Below, piece after piece: positions 1 to 8,619 of a stretch of 64,000 nucleotides of DNA. The position numbers and the translations under genes are program-made. The stretch is from assembly GCA_049298775.1 (NCBI GenBank), contig JBAQWG010000030.1:7490-71489 (forward strand). Reading direction: 5' to 3'. Below the pieces are notes generated by a model. The model made no database searches and was not told where the DNA came from. It was given only the letters and a program-made list of their open reading frames with translations. The stretch is from Candidatus Saccharimonadales bacterium. GTDB taxonomy: Bacteria > Patescibacteriota > Saccharimonadia > Saccharimonadales > Saccharimonadaceae. How positions within the stretch are numbered: position 1 is the first letter of the stretch; the number at the start of each line of letters is the position of its first letter.

Positions 1-402
1 GATTAGTGCATAAGCAGCAAAACTAGTCGCGTGTCGAACCGCCTGTGCCATTGTTGCCCGCCCAGGCGACACACCAAGATGACCGAGTCGCCACGACAAA
101 TACGAAACACCGCTTACGCCACCACTCGGTAAAACATGGTTCACAAAATTACCTTCTAGCGCAATGCGTATAAGCTCAAACTGACTTGTCTTTTTGATTT
201 GTCCCTTGGCGCGTAAATATGAGAAAATCATTTCACCACCAGCATAATAAACGATTATCTGCACCGGAATCAACAACAGCAATATCCATATATTAACTTG
301 ACCCAAAAGTTCCCAAGCACGGATAAGTTCTTGGCGAGAAAGAAATAGAATAACAGCAATCAAAACCACCGTTACGACACTCAACCATGTGCGAAAAGAC
401 AT
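1..402 (-). CDS. polytopic membrane protein, 5' part only (gene continues beyond window start); resembles flippase-like / UPF0104 (lysyl-PG synthase TM-domain) family
   Basis: Not in the ORF track because it is truncated. My translation of the minus strand from ATG 402-400 stays open to nt 1: MSFRTWLSVVTVVLIAVILFLSRQELIRAWELLGQVNIWILLLLIPVQIIVYYAGGEMIFSYLRAKGQ...NHVLPSGGVSGVSYLSWRLGHLG. It has several hydrophobic helices. The family call is from memory of the motif layout only. Confidence 0.45.
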   Translation of the reverse strand, partial: MSFRTWLSVVTVVLIAVILFLSRQELIRAWELLGQVNIWILLLLIPVQIIVYYAGGEMIFSYLRAKGQIKKTSQFELIRIALEGNFVNHVLPSGGVSGVSYLSWRLGHLGVSPGRATMAQAVRHATSFAAYALI

Positions 403-408
403 ATCATT

Positions 409-418
409 AGTATATACT
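409..418. promoter_or_regulatory. palindromic shared -10 region (AGTATATACT) in a 22-bp divergent spacer
   Basis: 403-424 = atcatt-AGTATATACT-acggat. It reads TATACT on plus (413-418, 6 nt before ATG 425) and TATACT on minus (complement 409-414, 6 nt before ATG 402). Confidence 0.5.
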
Positions 419-424
419 ACGGAT

Positions 425-1588
425 ATGTATATTGCGATTTTAGGACGACAGCCGGCTATTGGTATGGCAGAGCTTGAGCGTGTGTTTGGAAATGTCTATT
501 GGTTTTCGCATGATTCCGCGCTCATAGAAAGTGATAAATTTGATATCCAAAAACTCGGCGGTATCATCAAGGCCGGACACGTTGTTAGTAAACTATCAAC
601 TAGTGATTGGCGCAAAACCAGCATGGAAATCGTGCGTCTTTATAGTGAAAAATGGAATGAAACAACTGGCAAAATGACACTCGGCATCAGTGTTTATGGA
701 TTCAAAGTATCACCACGTGATGTTCAACGTACTGGCTTGATTTTAAAATCTAACCTAAAAAAGAATGGCGTTAGTCTGAGGCTCATCCCAAATGATCAAG
801 CAATTCTAGGAACAGCAACAAGTCATCACAACAAATTAGGACTAGCCCCAAACAAAGTTGAACTTATAGTAATCAAAGGTCATAGCGGAAAAGTTATTAT
901 CGCAGAAAGCACAGGATCACAAAATATCACCTCACTCGCCCGTCGTGATCAAGAGCGACCAGCTCGTGATGCATTCGTTGGTATGTTACCACCAAAATTA
1001 GCACTAACAATGCTCAATCTCGCCGGTTCCAAACCAAAAATGCATATCCTCGATCCGTTTTGTGGCACTGGTGTCATCCCTCAGGAAGCCCTCCTGCTCG
1101 ACTACACCGTTTCTGGATCCGATCTCAATCCAAAGATGGTTGATTACACACTGCGAAACCTTGATTGGTTAAAGCAACGATACGACAGTGGCAACATGCA
1201 ACTGATTCGCCAAGGTGATGCAATCGAATACGAATGGATTGAGGCATCCGAAATTGATGCCGTCGTCTGCGAGACATATTTAGGTCAACCCTTTAGCGCA
1301 CCCCCTGCACTAGAAAAATTAGACCAAGTACGTCGTAACTGTGACCATATTATTACTGAATTTTTGAAAAATATTGGACGACAAATCAAGCCAGGCACCT
1401 CACTGTGCCTGGCTATCCCTGCATGGAATGACGGCAATGACAATTTCACACATTTGCCACTGATCAAAAAAGTAGATCAACTTGGTTATCGCCCAATTGA
1501 GTTCAAAAATGTACATGCAAAAGATTTACTCTACTATCGTCCCGAGCAAATTGTAGCCCGCGAATTACTTGTTCTCGAAAAAATTTGA
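425..1588 (+). CDS. SAM-dependent methyltransferase (UPF0020/Trm11-like putative RNA methylase)
   Basis: SAM motif I LDPFCGTGVIPQEA. The ORF track starts at GTG 389, but that overlaps the divergent gene start (400-402). ATG 425 (MYIAILGRQP...) is preceded by TATACT-N6. Confidence 0.6.
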   Translation: MYIAILGRQPAIGMAELERVFGNVYWFSHDSALIESDKFDIQKLGGIIKAGHVVSKLSTSDWRKTSMEIVRLYSEKWNETTGKMTLGISVYGFKVSPRDVQRTGLILKSNLKKNGVSLRLIPNDQAILGTATSHHNKLGLAPNKVELIVIKGHSGKVIIAESTGSQNITSLARRDQERPARDAFVGMLPPKLALTMLNLAGSKPKMHILDPFCGTGVIPQEALLLDYTVSGSDLNPKMVDYTLRNLDWLKQRYDSGNMQLIRQGDAIEYEWIEASEIDAVVCETYLGQPFSAPPALEKLDQVRRNCDHIITEFLKNIGRQIKPGTSLCLAIPAWNDGNDNFTHLPLIKKVDQLGYRPIEFKNVHAKDLLYYRPEQIVARELLVLEKI

Positions 1589-1604
1589 CTCTATGCAACA
1601 GGGG

Positions 1605-1633
1605 TTGACGTACAATTAATTTTCCGCTACAAT
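1605..1633 (+). promoter_or_regulatory. sigma70-type promoter of rpmA (TTGACG-17-TACAAT)
   Basis: TTGACG 1605-1610, 17-nt spacer, TACAAT 1628-1633. AAGGAG at 1657-1662 lies 7 nt before ATG 1670. Confidence 0.65.
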
Positions 1634-1669
1634 AGTTCAGATTATTAATAACAACTAAGGAGTTGCCAC

Positions 1670-1942
1670 ATGTCACACGTCAAAGCGGGCGGAACAAGCA
1701 AAAACATCCACAATAATGCCGGTCAACGTCTTGGTGTTAAGCGTTTTGGTGGCCAAAAAGTTCGTGCTGGCGAGGTTCTCGTCCGTCAGACTGGCAGCAC
1801 TAAAATCTCTGGCCCCGGCACATACATGAGCCGTAACTTTACCATTCACGCAGCCGTTGATGGTATCGTTGATTTTGCTAAAGTCAAAAAAACAAAGTTT
1901 ACCGGCAAAACCGTTCCACGCACCCAAGTAATAGTTAAATAA
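1670..1942 (+). CDS. rpmA: 50S ribosomal protein L27
   Basis: MSHVKAGGTSKN..NAGQRLGVKRFGGQKVRAGEVLVRQTG matches the L27 N-terminal signature; 90 aa. Confidence 0.95.
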   Translation: MSHVKAGGTSKNIHNNAGQRLGVKRFGGQKVRAGEVLVRQTGSTKISGPGTYMSRNFTIHAAVDGIVDFAKVKKTKFTGKTVPRTQVIVK

Positions 1943-1944
1943 CT

Positions 1945-2595
1945 TTATTTATACACACGGTTTTTAGCAATCATACCTATCCCAAGCACTTCTTGGGCCG
2001 CATAACGATGCTGACCATTCTTTACGTCCTTGTAACGGTCAAAATATATCTTGTCGCCTGGGCTGTCTTTATATGTTCCATCAAGCATCGCCATAGCTAA
2101 AAGCGCAGAGTATTCCTTACTCGTCATCGGTTCATCATATCCCTGAACATTAGGTCGTTTTAGATCTTGGTCATTACTTAATCGTGATGGCAAATAATGC
2201 ATGTGGGTTAATTTATCTACTAAGTATTTACCTAGTTCCAATCTCAGCGCATTATTATCTCGAATCGTTGTCGCAACATCACTCAGACGCATATGTTCCC
2301 CATCAGCGAATTTATTTACGATTAGTTTAATATCATCATCTGACTCCATATAAGCATCCAGTGCATCTTGAAGGCTGCCCTCAGTTACCGACGTGCGAAT
2401 ATACATACGATCGTCCCGTGCATCTGGAAATTCAAACAATCGTTGCGCGTGTAACTCTTCAGCTGAGAGTTCATTCTGCACGCGATTATGTATGGCTCTT
2501 AAGAATCCCCGACCAAGCTTCGGTATATCATTGACCCGTGCGTTATACTCATGTGTTCGATAAATGCGTGGTGGATTATTATGTTCTGCTGACAT
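1945..2595 (-). CDS. hypothetical protein (ORFan, no signal peptide or TM)
   Basis: 216-aa ORF with no motif I recognise. It is convergent with rpmA, with only 2 nt between the stop codons. Confidence 0.5.
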   Translation of the reverse strand: MSAEHNNPPRIYRTHEYNARVNDIPKLGRGFLRAIHNRVQNELSAEELHAQRLFEFPDARDDRMYIRTSVTEGSLQDALDAYMESDDDIKLIVNKFADGEHMRLSDVATTIRDNNALRLELGKYLVDKLTHMHYLPSRLSNDQDLKRPNVQGYDEPMTSKEYSALLAMAMLDGTYKDSPGDKIYFDRYKDVKNGQHRYAAQEVLGIGMIAKNRVYK

Positions 2596-2647
2596 TTTTG
2601 TTTTTGTGGTTTATACAATATATTTTAACATAATAGTAATAAAAGTA

Positions 2648-2669
2648 CAAGCCCTCGACTGAGGACTTG
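2648..2669 (-). terminator. possible intrinsic terminator after the receiver gene
   Basis: Minus strand CAAGUCC-ucagucga-GGGCUUG (7 bp, one G-U) followed by a U-rich run (cuuuuauu). Confidence 0.35.
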
Positions 2670-2689
2670 CTCGGATACTCCATATTTAG

Positions 2690-3088
2690 TTACTGGTTAA
2701 TACCAAGATGGTGCTTTACACGCTCAACAACGTCACCTATCACAACCTGAGATTTTACCAAATAATCATCAACTCCAAGCGCCTCTGCGCGTTCCTTGTC
2801 TTTTGGTTGACTAAGTGCAGTCAACATAATTACGCGAATATCAGCTGTCTCTGGCGTATTTCGAAGAATATCGAGTACATCAAATCCACTAATCTTCGGC
2901 ATCATGGCATCAAGCAGAATAATATCTGGCTTGAAATCTATTGTAGCCTGTAACGCTTCTTCGCCGTTATTTACTTCCTTAGTTTCAAAATCCTCTAACT
3001 CCAGGCGTGAACGGTATACAGCCGCTAGTGTAATGTCGTCCTCAACTAGAAGGACTTTCTTTCTTAATTGGTTTGATTGATCTTGCAT
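2690..3088 (-). CDS. single-domain response regulator (CheY-like receiver only)
   Basis: KKVLLVEDD...PDIILLDAMMPKISGFDVL...VIMLTA...DDYLVKS: acidic pocket, phospho-acceptor Asp, conserved T/K. No output domain. Confidence 0.85.
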   Translation of the reverse strand: MQDQSNQLRKKVLLVEDDITLAAVYRSRLELEDFETKEVNNGEEALQATIDFKPDIILLDAMMPKISGFDVLDILRNTPETADIRVIMLTALSQPKDKERAEALGVDDYLVKSQVVIGDVVERVKHHLGINQ

Positions 3089-3097
3089 ATGCTTAAT

Positions 3098-3126
3098 ATT
3101 GTAGTTGGTAGTTAGCAGTTAGTAAA
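3098..3126 (-). promoter_or_regulatory. promoter of receiver gene (TTTACT-17-TACAAT), -10 ends 9 nt before ATG
   Basis: Complement: TTTACT (3121-3126), 17 nt, TACAAT (3098-3103), 9 nt, ATG 3088. No SD. Confidence 0.45.
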
Positions 3127-3139
3127 TAGCCATATTGGA

Positions 3140-4351
3140 TTATTTACGAAGTGCTGTAAGTGCTACATCCAATTGCGGATCACGGCCTGCATTCGCATCT
3201 TCCGCTGTTAGGTCAACTTTTTTATCTGGTGTAATACCTTCTTTATTAATATTCTTGCCATTTGGTGTATACCAACGAGCAACCGTCACCTTTATCATAG
3301 AGCCATTTGGTAAATCAATTAGTTTCTGCACACTTCCTTTACCAAACGTTTTTTCGCCCAACAAAGTAGCCGCTTTATGATCCTGTAGTGCGCCAGCAAC
3401 AATTTCACTAGCACTGGCACTTGAACCATCTACCAATACCATCGTTGGCATACCAACAAGAATTGGATCTACTCCAGATTTTAGTTCTTCGGTAACCTTA
3501 CCACCAGTGCGCTCACTTACAACCGTTTTGTTATTCAACCAAATACCAGCGACATCCTGAGCGGACGTCAGTAGCCCGCCACCATTTCCACGAAGATCAA
3601 GAATAACACCTTTAACACCTTTATCTTTAAGGTCTTGTGCAGCTTCTTTTGCTAAATCAGTCGTCGTTTCATCAAATCGACTAAGCTTTATAATGCCAAC
3701 CGCCCCATCTACTCTACTTTCAACGCTCGGCGAAGTTATCTTCTCTCTTGTGATCGTAAACTCTTTTGGCTGACCACCACGGATAACTGTAATCTTGACA
3801 GTCGTTCCAACCTCGCCACGAATTTTGTTCACCGTATCATTCACCGACCACTTCTCACCCGATTCATCATTAACCGCTACAATAATATCGCCTGCTTGTA
3901 GGCCAGACTTTTGAGCTGGCGTGTCACTCAATACACGAATAACCGTTGGTTTGCTATTTCGATTACCAATTTCCGCACCAATGCCACCACCAATTTCACC
4001 ATTCAAATCCTTATTGAATTCCTCAGCTTCTTTTTTATCCATATATACCGTATAGGTATCATCCGCCGCCGCAACCAATCCGCGACTCGCTCCACTTATA
4101 AGCGCATTCGTATCGAGATTACCATCAAAATTAGCTTTTAGCTGTTGATATGTCACTTGAACATTCGATAGGTCGAGCGTCCCAGTCTCAACTTTGAATC
4201 CTAGTATTGGCGCAACAGTTCCGACAATCTGATCATTCCTGGTTCCACCCGCATAGCCAACAGCTACTGCAAGCGCAATTATCAGAACAAACGTGCCGGG
4301 GGCAAAACTCCACTTTTTTTCCGTGGTTTTATCAATTTTAGGTGTAGTCAT
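3140..4351 (-). CDS. ctpA: carboxy-terminal processing protease (S41 family, PDZ domain)
   Basis: N-terminal TM; PDZ (GLQAGDIIVAVNDE); S41 core ILDLRGNGGGLL ... DGSSASASEIVAGALQD ... GEKTFGKGSVQ. Confidence 0.9.
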   Translation of the reverse strand: MTTPKIDKTTEKKWSFAPGTFVLIIALAVAVGYAGGTRNDQIVGTVAPILGFKVETGTLDLSNVQVTYQQLKANFDGNLDTNALISGASRGLVAAADDTYTVYMDKKEAEEFNKDLNGEIGGGIGAEIGNRNSKPTVIRVLSDTPAQKSGLQAGDIIVAVNDESGEKWSVNDTVNKIRGEVGTTVKITVIRGGQPKEFTITREKITSPSVESRVDGAVGIIKLSRFDETTTDLAKEAAQDLKDKGVKGVILDLRGNGGGLLTSAQDVAGIWLNNKTVVSERTGGKVTEELKSGVDPILVGMPTMVLVDGSSASASEIVAGALQDHKAATLLGEKTFGKGSVQKLIDLPNGSMIKVTVARWYTPNGKNINKEGITPDKKVDLTAEDANAGRDPQLDVALTALRK

Positions 4352-4358
4352 TCAACCT

Positions 4359-4364
4359 ATTATA
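4359..4364 (-). promoter_or_regulatory. -10 box TATAAT 7 nt upstream of ctp ATG (leaderless candidate)
   Basis: Complement reads cagTATAATaggttgaATG; no SD. Confidence 0.4.
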
Positions 4365-4384
4365 CTGTTTTTGTTTAAAATGGG

Positions 4385-5575
4385 CTAGAAGTAAATATAG
4401 GTATCATAGGTAGAAGCACTAACGCGCATCTTGCTGTAATTACCCCATCCGGGTCCACCAGCGTTGTAATAGTTATACTGACTAACGTCTACGGTACCGT
4501 CTCCATTGACCGCTTCAATCCATACTACGTGACCGTATTCGCCAGCAGAAATAACACCTACTGAGTTAATGCGTGGAGACCTACCGGTATCATAGCCAGC
4601 TGTGCGTGCACTATCTGGCCATTGATTCGCATTACCCCAATACGATGGGAAGTTGCCAGTTCTTTGTCCAACTTTCCAGGCAGTATAGCTGACACACTGT
4701 CGGCAACCGTATCCGAGCGCATCAGTGCCATTACCACCAACACCACCATGAGACCAGGCGTTATCGTCAACCCAACAACCATCTTCCCACGGATAGCCAC
4801 CCTTATTGGGATCTCCTGGTAGGATATTAATCGTACCACCACGTCGAGAAGCCGCCTCTATAGCCGCCTGTTGCTGTTTTTGTAGCTCTAGTTTTTGACC
4901 TTCACGTTGACCGACGAGATTTCGATACGCAGCTTCCTGTCCACGGGTTTGTGCAACCAACTGCGCCTGCTGACTTTCCTTTTCAACCAGTGCATCACGA
5001 GCAAACTTTTGCTCCGCCAACACACGTTCGACATCTTTTTTTTGTGTTTCCAGTTGTTTTTTTATTTGTTTAATACTTAATATCGTCTTATTGAGACTCA
5101 TTCGAATCGTCTTTTGATACGTTTCTTTATCAACATAATCAGCAATGCTATTACTGCTAGCCAGCATCTCTAGTGGTGTTATACCACCTGAAACATATAA
5201 ATCAGCGATAGTTTTGCCAAGTGCATTCTGATTATTTTCTATCCTTTTTTCGTTATCAGTAATATCCTGAACCAATTTATCATACTCAGTCTGTTTAAGA
5301 TTCACTTGACCTTGTATGACGTTTTTTTGAGCTGTTAATGCATCAACTTCTTTTTGTAACGAATCAGCTTGACCATTTAGTTGTGCTGCTTGTGATTGAA
5401 ATTGATCAATCTGAGCTTGAATTTGTGCAATTTTTTGGTCATAGTCGTCAGCCCGAACAATTTTAGTGATTTGAGCCGAACTTGAAACAGCAAGAATAAT
5501 ACTGACCGAAATAAGAATGATTTTTTGTACGGTCTTTTTTGTTTTCGAAACTGGCGTGGTGGACAGTTGTTTCAT
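4385..5575 (-). CDS. secreted coiled-coil + C-terminal CHAP-domain peptidoglycan hydrolase (PcsB-like), paralogue 2
   Basis: Signal anchor, about 230 aa of Q/K/E-rich heptad-like sequence, then CHAP Cys/His (CRQCVSYTAWKV ... GHVVWIEAV). Confidence 0.8.
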   Translation of the reverse strand: MKQLSTTPVSKTKKTVQKIILISVSIILAVSSSAQITKIVRADDYDQKIAQIQAQIDQFQSQAAQLNGQADSLQKEVDALTAQKNVIQGQVNLKQTEYDKLVQDITDNEKRIENNQNALGKTIADLYVSGGITPLEMLASSNSIADYVDKETYQKTIRMSLNKTILSIKQIKKQLETQKKDVERVLAEQKFARDALVEKESQQAQLVAQTRGQEAAYRNLVGQREGQKLELQKQQQAAIEAASRRGGTINILPGDPNKGGYPWEDGCWVDDNAWSHGGVGGNGTDALGYGCRQCVSYTAWKVGQRTGNFPSYWGNANQWPDSARTAGYDTGRSPRINSVGVISAGEYGHVVWIEAVNGDGTVDVSQYNYYNAGGPGWGNYSKMRVSASTYDTYIYF

Positions 5576-5585
5576 TTATACACCC

Positions 5586-5594
5586 ACTATAGCA
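5586..5594 (-). promoter_or_regulatory. extended -10 (TGCTATAGT) 10 nt upstream of CHAP-2 ATG
   Basis: Complement reads TGCTATAGTgggtgtataaATG (ATG 5575); no SD. Confidence 0.4.
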
Positions 5595-5673
5595 TAAGTA
5601 TTATAAATTGTCCAGTATTCCCCTTCGTTTTTATAATTTCAAAACCTAGCAACTTGTTCTTTTTTGCCACGAT

Positions 5674-6855
5674 TTAAGGAAATCGCAAAAGTATAACGCC
5701 TGAATTCTTAACCATCATAGTACTGTATTCACCGGTACCGTAGAAATTATATTGACTAACGAACATATCATTGCCACTGACCGATTCGACAATCATAACA
5801 TGACCAATCGGTGCAAATCCGCTCATAGCTGGCAGTACTACTACATCGCCCGGTTGTGGAGATGCTACTCGATATGCTTCACTCCAGCGTGCGGCACTTG
5901 ATGGCCATTCATAGGCATTACCATCACCATGCCATGCGTTGACATTCTTGCCGAATTTAGCCCCAAGTGCCCATGCAACATAACTGACACATTCGCGATT
6001 ATACAAATTCCATGGATCAATTGATGAATCATGTGGGCCGCAATACGGATAGCCCCCACTACAGCCCTTGTTGCCACTCCAACCCCAGTACTGGAAACTG
6101 CCTACCACACCAGAATTACCGCCGCCTCGAGAGACAAGGCTGGCATAATACGCTTGTTGTTGTGTCGAAATACTCTGCATCTGATTTTTTGCACTATTGA
6201 CAAGACCTTGATAAGCAGCTTCTTCGCCACGAGTCTGATCTACAAGGCTCTGTTGTTCCGCCTGTACAGCCGATAATTGATCATTTTGTTGCTTCAAATC
6301 AGATAACACTTTTTCAACCGCTTTTTTATCATTCTCAAGTTGAACTTTGGTTGTCTTAACTTCGTTAATTGTAGAACTTAGTTGATTACGGACAGAATTA
6401 CGATATTCTTGTTTATCAACAAATTCACTAATATTACTACTGCTGGCGATGAGTTCTAGTGAAGATACTTCGTCGTCTACATAAAGGCTAGCAATTATTT
6501 TACCAAGTGCATCTTGTGAATCTTTAAGTTTTTTCTGATTGATCACAATGTCTTCTTGTAATTTATCGTGTTTTGCCTGGTTAACCTGAATGTTAGCCTG
6601 TAGGGCTGCAACTTGTGCATTAATACCATCCAGTTTGTTTTGGAGAGTATCCGCTTTGTCTCTAAGGTCATTTGCTTGTGCCTGATACTGATTTGCTTGT
6701 GTGCGAAGCGCATTAATTTGATCATCCCACTTGTCAGCAAATGCCTGTTGTATCATTGTGACCGGCACACCAGCGCTCACAACCAACGCTAAAAAAACCA
6801 AAAATAACCTGGTCGTCAAGCGTCTTCGAGCTGGTGTGGTGGACCGCTGTTTCAT
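5674..6855 (-). CDS. secreted coiled-coil + C-terminal CHAP-domain peptidoglycan hydrolase (PcsB-like), paralogue 1
   Basis: Same architecture as 4385-5575 (RECVSYVAWAL ... GHVMIVESV). I prefer ATG 6855 (MKQRSTTP, matching the paralogue's MKQLSTTP) over track GTG 6861. Confidence 0.8.
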   Translation of the reverse strand: MKQRSTTPARRRLTTRLFLVFLALVVSAGVPVTMIQQAFADKWDDQINALRTQANQYQAQANDLRDKADTLQNKLDGINAQVAALQANIQVNQAKHDKLQEDIVINQKKLKDSQDALGKIIASLYVDDEVSSLELIASSSNISEFVDKQEYRNSVRNQLSSTINEVKTTKVQLENDKKAVEKVLSDLKQQNDQLSAVQAEQQSLVDQTRGEEAAYQGLVNSAKNQMQSISTQQQAYYASLVSRGGGNSGVVGSFQYWGWSGNKGCSGGYPYCGPHDSSIDPWNLYNRECVSYVAWALGAKFGKNVNAWHGDGNAYEWPSSAARWSEAYRVASPQPGDVVVLPAMSGFAPIGHVMIVESVSGNDMFVSQYNFYGTGEYSTMMVKNSGVILLRFP

Positions 6856-6865
6856 ATTCACTCTA

Positions 6866-6894
6866 ATAATAGTCCTGTCTTTCTAACCCGTCAA
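6866..6894 (-). promoter_or_regulatory. promoter TTGACG-17-TATTAT, -10 ends 10 nt before CHAP-1 ATG
   Basis: Complement: TTGACG (6889-6894), 17 nt, TATTAT (6866-6871), tagagtgaat, ATG 6855. Confidence 0.55.
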
Positions 6895-6905
6895 TATGCT
6901 TACGC

Positions 6906-7883
6906 TTAAATTTTCAGATATTTTCGAGTAGCAAGGAGTGAAGAAACTACTCCGATAATAGACCCCGCAAGAATCATGCCAATCAATACCACTCCTATAT
7001 ATAAGGTGACATTTTCAATCGTTCCAGAAATAGCAATCTCATAGCTCTCTAATGTATCTCTGGAAGCATAAAGTCCGGCAACACCAAGTCCGGTCCCAAG
7101 AAGTGCCGCAATAAAACCATAGACTACCGCTTCTACTACGAATGGTCCTCGAATAAAGCTCCTATCCGCACCGATAAGTTTCATCATCTGAATTTCTTCT
7201 TTGCGGTTAAAAATCGCCATACGGATAGTATTAAATACAATCAGTGATGAAATGATAATAAAGACAATACTAGCGATAATACCAACCTTTTCAGCAAAAT
7301 TAACCCAACGACCAATATTTTCGATAACACTTCTCTTTGTACCACTAAATGAGGGTGGATATTCAGCATCAGCATGTGCTATATAAAACTTATTAGTCTT
7401 AACAAAATTATCAAGCTCGGCAGGATTATTAATATCGCTTATCTTAACATTGAACACGCCAGGAATCTTATTAGTCGCTTCGTTAATTGCATTCAAAACA
7501 TCGGTATCTGACTTATACTCTCGAGCCGTCTTTTCACGTCCTTGCTGAGAATTAGTATAGGTAACTGAAGTTACCGCTGATAACTTCGCAAGCTCAGATT
7601 TTATTTGCCTTGCATCCTTTTCAGTAGTGTCTGCTTTAACATAGATCGACATATCGACTTTGTCCTTAATCTGAGAAATAGTATCGACAAGCACCTGACG
7701 AGCTGAGAGCGTTATAAAGATAATCAATAAAGTAACCGTCATGACGATTGTTGCGGCAATCGTCAACCATAAATTACGACTAAAATTATTAACACCATAA
7801 CGACACATACGAACAAATGTCAGCCATTTGCGACGAGCTTTTTTATTCTGTATCAATGCTCTAGGCTCTGAATGCTTAGCCAT
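6906..7883 (-). CDS. ftsX: cell division ABC transporter permease FtsX
   Basis: 325 aa: N-terminal cytoplasmic tail, TM1, large extracellular loop, 3 C-terminal TMs. Immediately follows ftsE (1-nt gap). Confidence 0.85.
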   Translation of the reverse strand: MAKHSEPRALIQNKKARRKWLTFVRMCRYGVNNFSRNLWLTIAATIVMTVTLLIIFITLSARQVLVDTISQIKDKVDMSIYVKADTTEKDARQIKSELAKLSAVTSVTYTNSQQGREKTAREYKSDTDVLNAINEATNKIPGVFNVKISDINNPAELDNFVKTNKFYIAHADAEYPPSFSGTKRSVIENIGRWVNFAEKVGIIASIVFIIISSLIVFNTIRMAIFNRKEEIQMMKLIGADRSFIRGPFVVEAVVYGFIAALLGTGLGVAGLYASRDTLESYEIAISGTIENVTLYIGVVLIGMILAGSIIGVVSSLLATRKYLKI

Positions 7884-7884
7884 A

Positions 7885-8568
7885 TTACTGCCTATAGCTT
7901 CCCTGTGCTTGATCGGAAGTTATCTTGCCGTGTTCAATAGTAATAACTCGGCGTTTTAACTTATTTACGATTTCAACATTATGCGTCGTTAGTAGAACAG
8001 TTGTTCCATAGGCATTAATTTTTTCAAGAAGTCGGACAATATCCCAACTATGTTTAGGGTCAAGATTACCAGTTGGCTCGTCGGCAATCAGAATTTTTGG
8101 CTGACGAACTACAGCACGTGCAATCGCAACTCGCTGACGCTCACCGCCAGATAGTTGATGAGGAAAGGCCTTCTCTTTTCCCGTAAGTCCAACTAATTCT
8201 ATAACTTTCGGTACGGTATTTTTGATCTCACGACCAGTCATGCCAGCAATTTCCAGCGCAAATGCGATGTTTTCGTATACAGTACGTTGTGGCAACAACT
8301 TAAAATCCTGAAATACAACGCCAATCTTACGACGAAGTAGTGGAATATGTTTATCCTTAAGCGTATCGTAGTCAATGCCCCCAACAACGATTTTGCCACT
8401 AGTTGGCTTTTCTTCACGAGTTAATAATTTTAGTAGGGTTGACTTGCCCGCACCACTCGTACCGACAATAATTACAAACTCCTTTGGGTCCACGTGCAAA
8501 CTAACACGATTTAATGCCGGCTTACTATCCTTGCCGTACGACTTGGTTACCCTATCTAACAGAATCAT
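7885..8568 (-). CDS. ftsE: cell division ATP-binding protein FtsE
   Basis: Walker A GTSGAGKST, signature LSGGERQR, Walker B ILIADEPTGNLD; 227 aa. Confidence 0.9.
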   Translation of the reverse strand: MILLDRVTKSYGKDSKPALNRVSLHVDPKEFVIIVGTSGAGKSTLLKLLTREEKPTSGKIVVGGIDYDTLKDKHIPLLRRKIGVVFQDFKLLPQRTVYENIAFALEIAGMTGREIKNTVPKVIELVGLTGKEKAFPHQLSGGERQRVAIARAVVRQPKILIADEPTGNLDPKHSWDIVRLLEKINAYGTTVLLTTHNVEIVNKLKRRVITIEHGKITSDQAQGSYRQ

Positions 8569-8578
8569 AACTTACTAT

Positions 8579-8587
8579 ATTATAGCA
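8579..8587 (-). promoter_or_regulatory. extended -10 (TGCTATAAT) 10 nt upstream of ftsE ATG
   Basis: Complement reads TGCTATAATatagtaagttATG; no SD. Confidence 0.5.
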
Positions 8588-8619
8588 TAAGTTTGATGAT
8601 TTCAAACTTCAATGACCGA

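Noticed and set aside
389-424. N-terminal extensions in the ORF track: 389-424 (methyltransferase), 27385-27420 (proS), 36455-36490 and 36750-36761 (small ORF, prfA), 43946-44026 (parB), 59785-59847 (rpsU), 61541-61627 (recJ), 6856-6861 (CHAP-1)
   Set aside because: The extensions overlap neighbouring genes, terminator stems or promoters and add residues foreign to the family. Internal ATG/GTG codons with an SD or a -10 box at the right distance give canonical N-termini.
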